Source: Candidatus Oxydemutator sp. (GTDB lineage Bacteria; Pseudomonadota; Gammaproteobacteria; Poriferisulfidales; Oxydemutatoraceae). Taken from it: a DNA stretch of 64,000 bases. Positions 1-9,218 of this stretch are shown here, piece by piece. The stretch spans positions 32,001 to 96,000 of the forward strand of contig OZ241883.1 in the NCBI GenBank assembly GCA_965203445.1, in the 5' to 3' direction. The notes below the pieces were generated by a model, which was not told the DNA's origin, made no database searches, and was given only the letters and a program-made list of their open reading frames with translations. Position 1 is the first letter of the stretch, and every line of letters begins with the position of its first letter. The translations under genes and the position numbers were made by a program.

Positions 1-1109
1 TAGGCGACCAGCGAGCCGGCGCCCGAACCGCGCCCCGGCCCGACCGGTATGCCCTCGCGCTTGGCCCAGGCGATGAAGTCGGCGACGATCAGGAAGTAGC
101 TCTCGTAGCCCATGTCGCGGATGATCGCAAGCTCGGACGCGAGCCTCTTGCGGTAGGCCGCACGGTCGAGCGAGGCGCCCGCGGCCTCGAGGATCGCGGC
201 CAGGCCGCTCTCGGCGGCGGCCGTGATCTGGGCCGCCGCGGTGACACCCCGCGGCAGCGGGAACTCCGGCAGCAGCGTCTTGCCGAACTCGAGATCGAGC
301 GTGCAGCGCGTCGCGATCTCGAGCGTGTTCCTAAGCGCGCTCGGCACGCCGTCGAACAGCCGCGCCATCTCGTCGGCGTTCTTCAGGTACTGCTCCGGGC
401 TGTAGCGCCGCGGGCGGCGCTTGTCGGTGAGCGTGTAGCCCTGGCCGATGCACACCTTGGCTTCGTGCGAGTCGAAGTCCTCGCGCCTGAGAAAGCGCAC
501 GTCGTTGGTCGCGACCACCGGCAGGCGCGTGCGCGCCGCCAGCGCCAGAGCGTGCTCTATGTACTCCTTCTCGCCATCGCGCCGCGTGCTGTGCAACTCG
601 AGGTAATAGCGGCCGTCGAACAGGCCGCTCCAGAACTCCAGCGCGCGCTCGATCCGCGCGCGCTCGCCGCGCAGCAGCGCCTTGCCGACGTCGCCGCGCA
701 TGCCGCCCGACAGCGCGATCAGGCCGTCGTTGCAGTCGGCGAACCACTCGCGGCGCAGGTGCGGCGTATCGTGCTCCTGCCCCTCGAGGTACGCGCGGGT
801 GACCAGCCGCGTCAGGTTGTGGTAGCCGCGCGCATCGGCGCACAACAGCACGATCTCGTCATCGTCGCCGTCGTCGTCGGCGCGCACGTGCAGCTCGCAG
901 CCGATGACCGGCTTGACGCCGTGCTCGAGCGCGGCGCCGTAGAACTTGACCGCGGCGAACAGATTGTCGAGATCGGTCACCGCCACCGCCGGCGTCTTGC
1001 GGCGCGCCGTCTCCTTCATCAGCTCCGGTATCCGCAGCAGGCCGTCGCTGATCGAATACTCGGTGTGCAGGCGCAGGTGGACGAACGGCGGCGCGTTCAC
1101 GTCAGGCAC
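1..1109 (-). CDS. dnaE: DNA polymerase III alpha subunit, N-terminal part (runs off window)
   Basis: Minus strand reads [19 protein letters not shown], followed by PHP-domain motifs and the YFLIVADFI and [13 protein letters not shown] motifs; directly downstream of rnhB. Start (GTG 1109 or 1100) uncertain. Confidence 0.95.
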   Translation of the reverse strand, partial: MPDVNAPPFVHLRLHTEYSISDGLLRIPELMKETARRKTPAVAVTDLDNLFAAVKFYGAALEHGVKPVIGCELHVRADDDGDDDEIVLLCADARGYHNLTRLVTRAYLEGQEHDTPHLRREWFADCNDGLIALSGGMRGDVGKALLRGERARIERALEFWSGLFDGRYYLELHSTRRDGEKEYIEHALALAARTRLPVVATNDVRFLRREDFDSHEAKVCIGQGYTLTDKRRPRRYSPEQYLKNADEMARLFDGVPSALRNTLEIATRCTLDLEFGKTLLPEFPLPRGVTAAAQITAAAESGLAAILEAAGASLDRAAYRKRLASELAIIRDMGYESYFLIVADFIAWAKREGIPVGPGRGSGAGSLVA

Positions 1110-1762
1110 CGACGTTGCCGCCCGATTGCTTCGCGCACCGGGCGGTAGCCCTTACGGTGCGCGGCGCACGCGCCGTGCGCCTCCAATGCGCGCACGTGGG
1201 CGCGCGTCGGATAGCCCTTGTGCGACGCGAAGCCGTAGGCCGGATAGGTTTCGTGCAGACGCGCCATGCGGCGGTCGCGCTCGGTCTTCGCCAGGATCGA
1301 GGCCGCCGAAATGCAGCCGACGCGCGCGTCGCCGCCGACGACCGCGCAGCACGCGACGGCCGTATCGGGGCAGCGGTTGCCGTCTATCAGCGCGCAGTCC
1401 GGCGCCACCGCAAGCGCCCGCAACGCGCGCGCCATCGCCAACAGCGTCGCGTGCAGAATGTTCAGCCGGTGAATCTCCTCGACGCCGGCGGCGGCCACCG
1501 ACCACGCCAGCGCGCCGCGCCGGATGTCTTTTGCAAGCGCGCTCCTTGCGTCGGCAGCCAGCGTCTTCGAGTCGGCGCAGCCGGCCACCGGACGCGCCGG
1601 ATCGAACACCACCGCGGCCGCCACCACCGGCCCGGCCAACGCGCCGCGCCCCGCCTCGTCCACGCCGGCGACGAGGCGCCCGCCAAAGTCCGGCAGACGC
1701 GCGGCGGCGGGAACCAGTTTCGGCAACGGGGATCGGGCGGGCGCGTTCATCTTCGGGGACAA
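1097..1762 (-). CDS. rnhB: Ribonuclease HII
   Basis: [26 protein letters not shown] and HKGYPT motifs; true start may be ATG 1750. Confidence 0.95.
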   Translation of the reverse strand: MSPKMNAPARSPLPKLVPAAARLPDFGGRLVAGVDEAGRGALAGPVVAAAVVFDPARPVAGCADSKTLAADARSALAKDIRRGALAWSVAAAGVEEIHRLNILHATLLAMARALRALAVAPDCALIDGNRCPDTAVACCAVVGGDARVGCISAASILAKTERDRRMARLHETYPAYGFASHKGYPTRAHVRALEAHGACAAHRKGYRPVREAIGRQRRCLT

Positions 1763-1935
1763 TTTTACACCGCCGCGCCGAGGGGCGGCGCGGGGGCGGT
1801 TGTGGCACCCGTGGCGAGGACAGCGGCGGGCAGGTGCAGAAGTATTTTATGGCGTTTGCGGATGCGTCGCAGCGAAATGAAACCAGATGCACCGGCAGTG
1901 ACCGCTCAGCCACGCGGGAAGACGGCGGATGGGCG

Positions 1936-2256
1936 CTACAGCATGAGCCTTGCGGCAGCGTAGATGATTACGCCGAGAACCAGCAGCGCGACGAGCGACA
2001 ACGCGAACGCCTTGCTTGCGGCCACCATCTCCCGCAGTTGTTCCCGCGCTCGTCGGAACAGGCGCAGACAGGCGATAACGGCCGCCGCTATCGCGGCGAC
2101 CCCGAGCCAGAACAAGAGGTTGATCTGCGAGGTGACGAACGCCACCGCCAATGCCACGATGATCAGGACGATGATCCCGACCAGGGCCAGGAACAGCTTG
2201 GCGGGAAAGGCGCCGGTCGGGTCGCAGGTCGGTTTGTCTGTACCGGATTCAGCCAT
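1936..2256 (-). CDS. Small membrane protein (about 3 TM segments), unknown function
   Basis: Three hydrophobic stretches; TAACAT box 6 nt upstream of ATG. Confidence 0.65.
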   Translation of the reverse strand: MAESGTDKPTCDPTGAFPAKLFLALVGIIVLIIVALAVAFVTSQINLLFWLGVAAIAAAVIACLRLFRRAREQLREMVAASKAFALSLVALLVLGVIIYAAARLML

Positions 2257-2274
2257 GCGCCGATGTTACCACCG

Positions 2275-2445
2275 GGCGGCGTCCGGGCGGCGTCGGCCTG
2301 GCACATAGAGCACCGGCGGCATCCGGGCGGTGTCGGCCTGGCACATGGAGCGCCGGCGGCGTCCGGGCGGTGTCGGCCTTGCACATGGAGCGCCGGTGGC
2401 GTCCAGGCGGTGTCGGCCTGGCACATGGAGCGCTGGCGGCATCCG
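2275..2445. repeat. Intergenic 40-bp tandem repeat, about 4.3 copies
   Basis: Units RTCCRGGCGGYGTCGGCCTKGCACATRGAGCRCYGGYGGC start at 2281, 2321, 2361, 2401. Confidence 0.9.
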
Positions 2446-2643
2446 CCGGATCGCGGCCGGCCTCTATGCCATACTATATAATCGCCTCGCGCGACGGCGC
2501 GGGCGTGGCCTGCCCTTCCCGCCAGGCTGCGCGGGCAAAGAACCCCCATAGACAACGTGGCCGGCATGCCCGATGTGCTTAATGTGCTTCATGCGGCCAA
2601 CGCGACCGACACGACCAGACCAACCCGGCAAGGAGACCAACCG

Positions 2644-3078
2644 ATGGACAACCGCGAGATCATCCGCCTGTTCGGAAAGATGTGGAACGAAGAAGACTAC
2701 GATACGGCGCGCCAGATCATCGCCGAAGACATGGCGTTCAGGAGTTCCTTGGGCGAACGGAACAAGGGCGTCGAGCCTTTCTGCGAATACATCCGCGGCG
2801 TGCACAAGGCGCTCGGCGGTTTCCGCTGCGAAGTCGAGGACGTAGTCTCGGAAGGCGCCAAGGTGGTGGCCAAAATCCTCTTCTCCGGCGAACACCGCGA
2901 CGTGTTTTTCGGCATCCCGGCCACCGGCCGGAAAGTGGAATGGTACGGCGCCGGCTTCTTCGACGTCAAAGACGGAAAGATACAGCAACTGTGGTTCATG
3001 GGCGACGTCGACGGAATCAAGAGGCAGCTGATGCCCGACGCGGATGCGCGGACGGGATGGAAGCAGGCGGCCGATTAG
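2644..3078 (+). CDS. SnoaL-like ester cyclase / NTF2-like protein
   Basis: FSGEHRDVFFGIPATGRKVEW...DGKI...WFMGD signature; AAGGAG SD upstream of ATG 2644. Confidence 0.85.
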   Translation: MDNREIIRLFGKMWNEEDYDTARQIIAEDMAFRSSLGERNKGVEPFCEYIRGVHKALGGFRCEVEDVVSEGAKVVAKILFSGEHRDVFFGIPATGRKVEWYGAGFFDVKDGKIQQLWFMGDVDGIKRQLMPDADARTGWKQAAD

Positions 3079-3248
3079 ACGAAAGACGCGCAGCAGAGGC
3101 TGCCAAGATGCAGTCCCCGCGCCGAGGGCGACGCGGGAGCGGTTGCGACAGACGCAACGAACAGGCGCGGATTAGAAGTACTTTATAACGCAGTACAGAA
3201 TCACGCCAATAAAGACGTAAAAGGAAAACATCAAGGCAAGAATTTCTA

Positions 3249-3485
3249 TCATAGTTTCTCAAGCTCCTTTATATGTTTGAGGATGCGCTGTATAAAAACG
3301 AAACAAACGGCTGAAAAAACCAGTACCGTAATGAAACCAGACCAGAGCAAAAAGTTGGTGTGCTGATTCGGGCTGATATACAACGACACCAAGCCACCAA
3401 CAATCAAGACGACAACGCCCGCCAAACCAAAAAATAAGTTGGTTAAAAGAGCAATGATCGCTTTTTCTGCCTCTAATCTGGCCAT
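3249..3485 (-). CDS. Small two-TM membrane protein
   Basis: MARLEAEKAIIALLTNLFFG...; two hydrophobic helices; TATAAT 6 nt before ATG; low GC. Confidence 0.6.
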   Translation of the reverse strand: MARLEAEKAIIALLTNLFFGLAGVVVLIVGGLVSLYISPNQHTNFLLWSGFITVLVFSAVCFVFIQRILKHIKELEKL

Positions 3486-3587
3486 GCGCTCATTATACCA
3501 CCCACCAGCCACCCGCCGACAATAACCACCTGCCCCACCCAGGAAGGTAGCATTGTATAAGCCCCCTATTTTGCTATCATTGGCCTC

Positions 3588-3869
3588 ATGGCAACTACGA
3601 CAAAGCATTTCGACACCCTGCGCACGGCAGAAGCTCTCCGCGATGCTGGCGTGGAAGAGAAAGCAGCCAAGGCCATCAGCCTGGCCATTGATCAAGGCAG
3701 AGATGAGGGAACAAACACCCATCTGGAGCTTGCCGAGTTCAAAGCAGAAATGAAAGCCAGCCTGGCAGGAATGAAAGCCAGCCTGCAATTCATATTTTGG
3801 GCATTCGGCCTTGTGATTGCCCTGCTTCTCGGAAACATGGCGATGACGGCCGGCATTCTGCTGCGCTGA
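3588..3869 (+). CDS. DUF1640/CCDC90-like coiled-coil membrane protein
   Basis: HFDTLRTAEALRDAGVEEKAAKAI head, short coiled coil, C-terminal TM. Confidence 0.7.
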   Translation: MATTTKHFDTLRTAEALRDAGVEEKAAKAISLAIDQGRDEGTNTHLELAEFKAEMKASLAGMKASLQFIFWAFGLVIALLLGNMAMTAGILLR

Positions 3870-3878
3870 TCTTTCCCT

Positions 3879-4346
3879 GTGGCCGAGGGTTCGGCACCCA
3901 TTCAAACCACGCCAGAACCCTCCTCATCAGCCTTGGCACGCATTATGTTGAAATTCGAGAAAGTAATCGAATGCTTGACGCTATGCGGATATACCGCAAG
4001 CGCAAACTACATTGATTATCTGCGCTTCACCGACGATCTGGAAGAGGGAGACAAACCGCTGACCTTGGAGTCCGCCATGGGGTTTGTCGCCCTGATGCAG
4101 AACTTCGGCGACCTGGGAGAACCAATGATAGGGCTCTTTTCAGAAGGAACAATATCGGCGGAATGGCGAATTGCAGACGACAAACACCTCTTGATCGAAC
4201 CACTGGACGACAACAAAGCGTCTTTCGCCCTTATCGGCCCATCAGACAAACCAGGAAAGAAATTCCGCATGAACGGCAGAGGCACGATTACCGAAGTCAT
4301 CGCCACCTTGCGCAAACACGGCGTCGACCGGTGGATGAGCGCGTGA
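3879..4346 (+). CDS. Hypothetical protein
   Basis: Globular-looking 155-aa ORF (PMIGLFSEGTISAEW); start uncertain. Confidence 0.55.
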   Translation: MAEGSAPIQTTPEPSSSALARIMLKFEKVIECLTLCGYTASANYIDYLRFTDDLEEGDKPLTLESAMGFVALMQNFGDLGEPMIGLFSEGTISAEWRIADDKHLLIEPLDDNKASFALIGPSDKPGKKFRMNGRGTITEVIATLRKHGVDRWMSA

Positions 4347-4415
4347 AATGTTTTTCTACCAAGCCCCGACCGCGTTTTACGATGTGGCAGCCCACGCCAT
4401 GTCGCCAAAAAGTAA

Positions 4416-5843
4416 TCAAGGCGTCGGCCTTTCGCTTCCATCCCAATAACACTGGAACTGGCGAACATGGTTAAACTCGATGATGTTTCCCCTGTGCTGT
4501 CTGCATAGTGAATTTATATCGAAAAATGGGTTCCCAATATCTTTACCATTCATAGGGTAATGGGCACATTCATCGTCTATATATTGGCATCTCGGACTAG
4601 CACCCAAAGAAGGTTCATTTCCATTGTATTCCAGGTAGCGCGCGTGCGATGGAATAATACCCCCCCAGTGGCAAACTAGATCCATTAGAGTGCTAACGGC
4701 AGAAGAAGCAAGAATCCCATTCGACCAGACAACCTGTGGCTGAGCTCCCGCATCCCCATAAGATCGAGCTTCTTTATCAACTTTTTGATCTTTGAGTACG
4801 CCCATACACCTAAGACAAGGCCTCCCAGGCATGGACAAAACGACTTGACCAGAAATCCGAAAAAACTTGCCACTCTTACTGACAACCATTCCAATATCTA
4901 TATAAGGGATATGATTTCTGCGACAGAATCGTTCCAGCTCATCCCGTTCTTTGAATGAATCAAGACAACCAAAAATTACGAAACATCCAGCCAAATCATC
5001 CAGCGCTGAACTCCACTTCCCTTTTATCGCATTAACCTCAGCGTCTGGCATGAGCCCTTTAATGGTGCGGGTGGCAATTTCTGCTTTCGTGCGTTCGTTC
5101 TGTACATCTTCCTGGGTCGCGCCGACGAGACGATTCAAATTGGAATTTTCAACTATGTCATAATCACAAATAACATAACGTCCAATTCCTATATGAGCCA
5201 ACTGCTGAATGACATGTGACCCTCCGCCTCCTAACCCGACCACACCAACCCTAAGCCGTGAAAATATCTGTTGACTTTCAGGACCAAGAAAACTTTGCCT
5301 GGAAAAATTACGCTCAAATTTTTTATTATCAGAAAGTCTCTTAGCAGACCATATGGACATTGGGGATCCGACTACAACATACTCATCTATTAGTACTGGT
5401 TCACCATCTTTCGCAAGCCAAACCACCCCCTTTCCTTTATCAAGTGAAAAAACAATAGCACCATGAGGCATATTGCTTGTCACATTAAAAAAATCCGGAA
5501 TAAGTTTGCGATTCGACTCAACATCGACATCACTAAAATTTGTTGCCCCCTTATGCGCATGCAAGTGGACATGAAACATTGAGCAGCCCTCTGACAAAGC
5601 AACTTGCATTGCCATACTGATAGCTTTTCTATTTATACACGCACCGACTGTAGGATCGGCATGGTAACAAGCGTCGGATACGGGATGATATTCTCGAGCG
5701 AGAATGACAAGTGTGTCGTTCGCTGAAGACACTGCCCCGCATGACAAAAAGCCTACACGTTCATCTGCCACGGCGTGTGGTCGAGAGAGATGGACACGCA
5801 CATCCTTCAACAGTTCCTTTGTTATCTTGAAAATAACCTTCAT
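4416..5843 (-). CDS. JAB/JAMM isopeptidase fused to ThiF/E1-like enzyme (bacterial ubiquitin-like system)
   Basis: N-terminal ERVGFL...HLH-x8-SDVD JAMM-like motif; C-terminal GVVGLGGGGS, DYDIVENSNLNRL, GCLDS and PCLRC E1 motifs. Confidence 0.9.
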   Translation of the reverse strand: MKVIFKITKELLKDVRVHLSRPHAVADERVGFLSCGAVSSANDTLVILAREYHPVSDACYHADPTVGACINRKAISMAMQVALSEGCSMFHVHLHAHKGATNFSDVDVESNRKLIPDFFNVTSNMPHGAIVFSLDKGKGVVWLAKDGEPVLIDEYVVVGSPMSIWSAKRLSDNKKFERNFSRQSFLGPESQQIFSRLRVGVVGLGGGGSHVIQQLAHIGIGRYVICDYDIVENSNLNRLVGATQEDVQNERTKAEIATRTIKGLMPDAEVNAIKGKWSSALDDLAGCFVIFGCLDSFKERDELERFCRRNHIPYIDIGMVVSKSGKFFRISGQVVLSMPGRPCLRCMGVLKDQKVDKEARSYGDAGAQPQVVWSNGILASSAVSTLMDLVCHWGGIIPSHARYLEYNGNEPSLGASPRCQYIDDECAHYPMNGKDIGNPFFDINSLCRQHRGNIIEFNHVRQFQCYWDGSERPTP

Positions 5844-6163
5844 TGCAAAACCCGAAGATGATTGGCAAGAATATGTAAGAGAGGAAGGCTGCTACTCACC
5901 CCCGAGTAAGAAAAGGTGTGCCACTCCCGTCCCAAAATTACATGAGTGCTCCAATTCCGCGCCTTGCCGTGGAAACAACGCCCTAAATAGAGATTGGTGG
6001 GTTCAGTTGAGTAACCCAAGAGCACATCTACTTCCTCTACTTTCCCATCCGAGTTAATCCTCGCCCCCGGAATATAGAGGTAATGGCAGCCTGACTCCAA
6101 CCGCTTTTCAGCAGATGGATAGATCCTCCTCAAATCTTGAAAGTCTTTCTCGTCATCAGTCAT
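5840..6163 (-). CDS. Prokaryotic E2/UBC-like protein
   Basis: Overlaps both Ubl and JAB-E1 by 4 nt; NWSTHVILGREWHTFSY...ILANHLRVL resembles bacterial E2 families. Confidence 0.7.
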   Translation of the reverse strand: MTDDEKDFQDLRRIYPSAEKRLESGCHYLYIPGARINSDGKVEEVDVLLGYSTEPTNLYLGRCFHGKARNWSTHVILGREWHTFSYSGVSSSLPLLHILANHLRVLQ

Positions 6164-6387
6164 GAGTACTGCCCCGCAGGTTCATGAGAAATGAACTTTT
6201 GCTCACTTCCTGGACGATCGTTTATCTGAACCTTGTCGCCCTCTCCTATTTCCTTGAGAGTACCATCCTCGATCTGGTCTATGACCTTTACAGGATCGAC
6301 CCCGAGAACCTTTTTCAGTTCGTCAGCAGAATAGTCACCAGGGTTCACTGGAACTTCTCTGCCGTCAATTTCGATATTAACTTTCAT
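6160..6387 (-). CDS. Ubiquitin-like (multi-ubiquitin domain, beta-grasp) protein
   Basis: 75 aa from ATG 6387 with AAGGAGG SD; MKVNIEIDGREVPV...ELKKVLGV...EQKFISHEPAGQYS; Gly four residues from the C-terminus. Confidence 0.75.
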   Translation of the reverse strand: MKVNIEIDGREVPVNPGDYSADELKKVLGVDPVKVIDQIEDGTLKEIGEGDKVQINDRPGSEQKFISHEPAGQYS

Positions 6388-6494
6388 AATATCCTCCTTA
6401 ATGATTGATAGTTGATCGAAAATAGCTCGTTTGAGCTTCATTTGGCCATCATAAACAACTTCTTTCTATCTTACAAGTGAAAATAAAGTAAGAT

Positions 6495-6515
6495 AATGTC
6501 AAATATAATGACATT
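6495..6515. promoter_or_regulatory. Inverted repeat AATGTCA-N7-TGACATT in divergent promoter region, candidate operator
   Basis: Perfect 7-bp palindrome arms in the AT-rich gap between the Ubl operon and the HTH gene. Confidence 0.5.
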
Positions 6516-6612
6516 TGTATGTATATTATATTGTGTTTCAATACAAAGGTGTTCTGTTTCTGTCCCTCAGCTTCGCGGGATAAAGACAGACATCTAAACA
6601 CTCTTAATATAG

Positions 6613-7041
6613 ATGTCCAAAAACAATCTCGGTTTGGCGAACCAATTCTATAGTGCCTTCGGGAAGCGCATTAAGAACCGGAGACGCGAACTGAAATTCA
6701 CACAAGTTGGGCTGTCAGAACTTGTTGGTATGTCCCGCACTACTCTTGCCAACATAGAGGCAGGCACCCAAAGAACTTCAGTGTTCTTGCTAATGCGCAT
6801 GGCAGATGCATTAAAAATTTCTCCAAGCGAGTTGATACCAAGTCTTTCCGAAGTGGAGGATCAACTGCGACAAGCGCGGAGAGCCTCCATACCAAGTGGA
6901 AACCAATCAAAATTAATAATCAAAGAACTAAAAAGTCTCAACATTTCTGTGAAGCCTAAAAGCAACATGGAAAGTGCATTGGAGGAAACAGTAAGCGAAG
7001 AAAAACTACGACTAAATAAACACAAAAGGAGAAAAACATGA
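6613..7041 (+). CDS. XRE-family HTH regulator (CapH-like)
   Basis: GKRIKNRRRELKFTQVGLSELVGMSRTTLANIEAG HTH_3 pattern. Confidence 0.9.
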   Translation: MSKNNLGLANQFYSAFGKRIKNRRRELKFTQVGLSELVGMSRTTLANIEAGTQRTSVFLLMRMADALKISPSELIPSLSEVEDQLRQARRASIPSGNQSKLIIKELKSLNISVKPKSNMESALEETVSEEKLRLNKHKRRKT

Positions 7042-7577
7042 ATGATTTCTATAAAAGGCTCGATGAGAAGGCGTACAAACTGCTCTTGCGATCAGAAGCA
7101 CTTGCCTTACCTGTAAGTCTTGAGAAGATCATCAACTTTTTGAAACTTGTTATACGCAAGAAGCCACTGGAAGACGAATTTGCCGGTTTCTTGGCGATAG
7201 AAGAAAAGACTATCGTAGTGAACTCACGGCAGGCGTCAGTACGCAGACGCTTCACTATCGCTCATGAGATTGGACATTATGTACTTCACAGAAAAAGCAA
7301 CCCCTCTTCACCTGTTTTTATTGACCGAACATATTTCCGTAAGAAAATTGATATTAGTAGCGCGACAGAACATCAAATGGAAATAGAGGCCAATGCTTTT
7401 GCAGCCGGCCTTTTAATGCCACAGATATTATTGGACGGATACCTTGATGAACATGCCGATATAGATGTGGGCAAAACTGTAGATATAAAGCTAATGGCGG
7501 ATGAATTTGAAGTAAGCAGGCAGGCCATGCGATTCCGCCTCCGTAATCTTGGATTTCTGGTAGAAATCAGTTTTTAG
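7038..7577 (+). CDS. ImmA/IrrE (M78) Zn metallopeptidase (CapP-like)
   Basis: RRRFTIAHEIGH and EIEANAFAAGLLMP; ATGA-coupled to the HTH gene. Confidence 0.9.
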   Translation: MNDFYKRLDEKAYKLLLRSEALALPVSLEKIINFLKLVIRKKPLEDEFAGFLAIEEKTIVVNSRQASVRRRFTIAHEIGHYVLHRKSNPSSPVFIDRTYFRKKIDISSATEHQMEIEANAFAAGLLMPQILLDGYLDEHADIDVGKTVDIKLMADEFEVSRQAMRFRLRNLGFLVEISF

Positions 7578-7585
7578 GCGATCTC

Positions 7586-9214
7586 ATGCCGACGTTGGAG
7601 TTCAAGGGTAAGCATATTGTCTATGCGCACCATCTGAGCGTTCCTTACCGGACGCTTGACGTGGTGCGTCGGAAGTCGGTGCCGGCGCGTGGGGCGGGCG
7701 CCGAGGAAGGCAGCCTGATTATCCACGGCGACAACCTGGACGCGCTGAAGGCGCTGATGCCGCGCTATGCCGGGCGCGTGAACTGCATCTATATAGACCC
7801 GCCCTACAACACCGGCAACGAGGGCTGGTGCTATAACGACAACGTCAATTCGGAATTGATGAAACGTTGGCTTGCGGAAAACGGCGCGGTGGACGGCGAC
7901 GACGAGGAGCGCCACGAGAAATGGCTGTGCATGATGTGGCCGCGCCTGCAACTGTTGCGCGAACTGCTGGCCGAGGACGGCGTGATTTTCATCTCGATAG
8001 ACGACCACGAGCAGCACCGCCTGCGGCTGATGATGGACGAGATTTTTGGAGAGGACAACTTTTATGCGATGTGTAGCTGGACGGCGCGCAACAAACCAAT
8101 GAACGCGGGCAGCGCGCGATTTAAGATACAAAAATCAGAGGAATATATCTTGGCTTACGGAAAAATACCGATGCCTGATCATGCGCCTTTTGTATTGGAA
8201 GAAAAAGAAGAACTGGAATACCCGTACACGGCTGATGACGGCAGAACGTATCGTGAGGAAGAAGTCCAACAAAGAAAAAACATCGGTATCAAGAGATCCG
8301 AAAAAATGGTTTTCTCCATTCTTGGCGTAGCACCACAAGCCAGCTATCGCTGGACAATAGGACGAGACACGGCCGAGCGACTTGCGCAAGAAAACAAAGT
8401 TTTTGCGCGGAACGGGAAGCTTATAAGAATTTTCTTCAGCGATGATGAATTAGAAAAACGATACCATCCCTTGTGGGCCAATTTCAATGAGTCTTGCGGG
8501 ACGAGTGAATCCGGCAAAAAGAAATTGGATGAGATAGTCAAAGGACACGGTATGGAAACCGTAAAGCCGGTTGACGTCATCAAAAAAATAATTTTCCACT
8601 TCGCCGGCAAAGACGCCATCATACTCGACTCGTTCGCGGGCAGCGGCACCACCGCCCACGCAGTGCTCGAGCTGAACAAACAAGACGGCGGCAACCGCAA
8701 GTTCATCCTCATCGAGTGCGAGGACTACGCCGACAAGGTCACCGCCGAGCGGGTGCGGCGCGTGATCAAAGGCGTGCCCGGTGCCAGAGACAAAGCCCTG
8801 CAAAAAGGGCTGGGCGGCACCTTCACCTTCTGCACGTTGGGGCGCGAACTCAACATCGAGAGCCTGCTGCGCGGCAAAGACCTGCCCGACTACGACGCCT
8901 TGGCGCGCCACGTGGCCTATACCGCGACCGGCGCCGCGATGGACAAGATCAGGCCGGGCAGGGATCACTACTTCGGCGAGACGGCGGACTATCGCCTGCA
9001 CATGATCTACCGCCCGGAAAAAGAATTTCTGTGCTCCAAGGAATCGGCGCTGACGCGCGACCTGGCCGTGCGCATCGGCAAGGCGGCGCGCAACAAAGGC
9101 AAGACCGCGCTGGTGTTCGCGCCGTGGAAATTCATCTCGCAAAAGGACCTGAGCGCGGAAAAGGTCACCTTCTGCCAACTGCCCTACGCCATCCACCAAC
9201 TCTACGGGCTGTGA
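7586..9214 (+). CDS. mod: Type III R-M methyltransferase (Mod)
   Basis: IHGDNL, IYIDPPYNTG, ILDSFAGSGTT; followed by Res. Confidence 0.92.
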   Translation: MPTLEFKGKHIVYAHHLSVPYRTLDVVRRKSVPARGAGAEEGSLIIHGDNLDALKALMPRYAGRVNCIYIDPPYNTGNEGWCYNDNVNSELMKRWLAENGAVDGDDEERHEKWLCMMWPRLQLLRELLAEDGVIFISIDDHEQHRLRLMMDEIFGEDNFYAMCSWTARNKPMNAGSARFKIQKSEEYILAYGKIPMPDHAPFVLEEKEELEYPYTADDGRTYREEEVQQRKNIGIKRSEKMVFSILGVAPQASYRWTIGRDTAERLAQENKVFARNGKLIRIFFSDDELEKRYHPLWANFNESCGTSESGKKKLDEIVKGHGMETVKPVDVIKKIIFHFAGKDAIILDSFAGSGTTAHAVLELNKQDGGNRKFILIECEDYADKVTAERVRRVIKGVPGARDKALQKGLGGTFTFCTLGRELNIESLLRGKDLPDYDALARHVAYTATGAAMDKIRPGRDHYFGETADYRLHMIYRPEKEFLCSKESALTRDLAVRIGKAARNKGKTALVFAPWKFISQKDLSAEKVTFCQLPYAIHQLYGL

Positions 9215-9218
9215 CGCG

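Noticed and set aside
2275-2445. CRISPR array
   Set aside because: Units are contiguous with no unique spacers; no cas genes in the window.
223-2481. Long Arg/Pro/Ala-rich ORFs overlapping dnaE and rnhB (and similar ones throughout)
   Set aside because: Alternate-frame artefacts of high-GC coding DNA overlapping well-supported genes.
4416-7577. CBASS (Cap2/Cap3) or a thiamine/molybdopterin sulfur-transfer operon
   Set aside because: No CD-NTase, effector or cofactor biosynthesis genes; a separate Ubl and E2-like gene are present.
7586-9214. Phase-variable mod (phasevarion)
   Set aside because: No simple sequence repeat tract seen in the gene or upstream.
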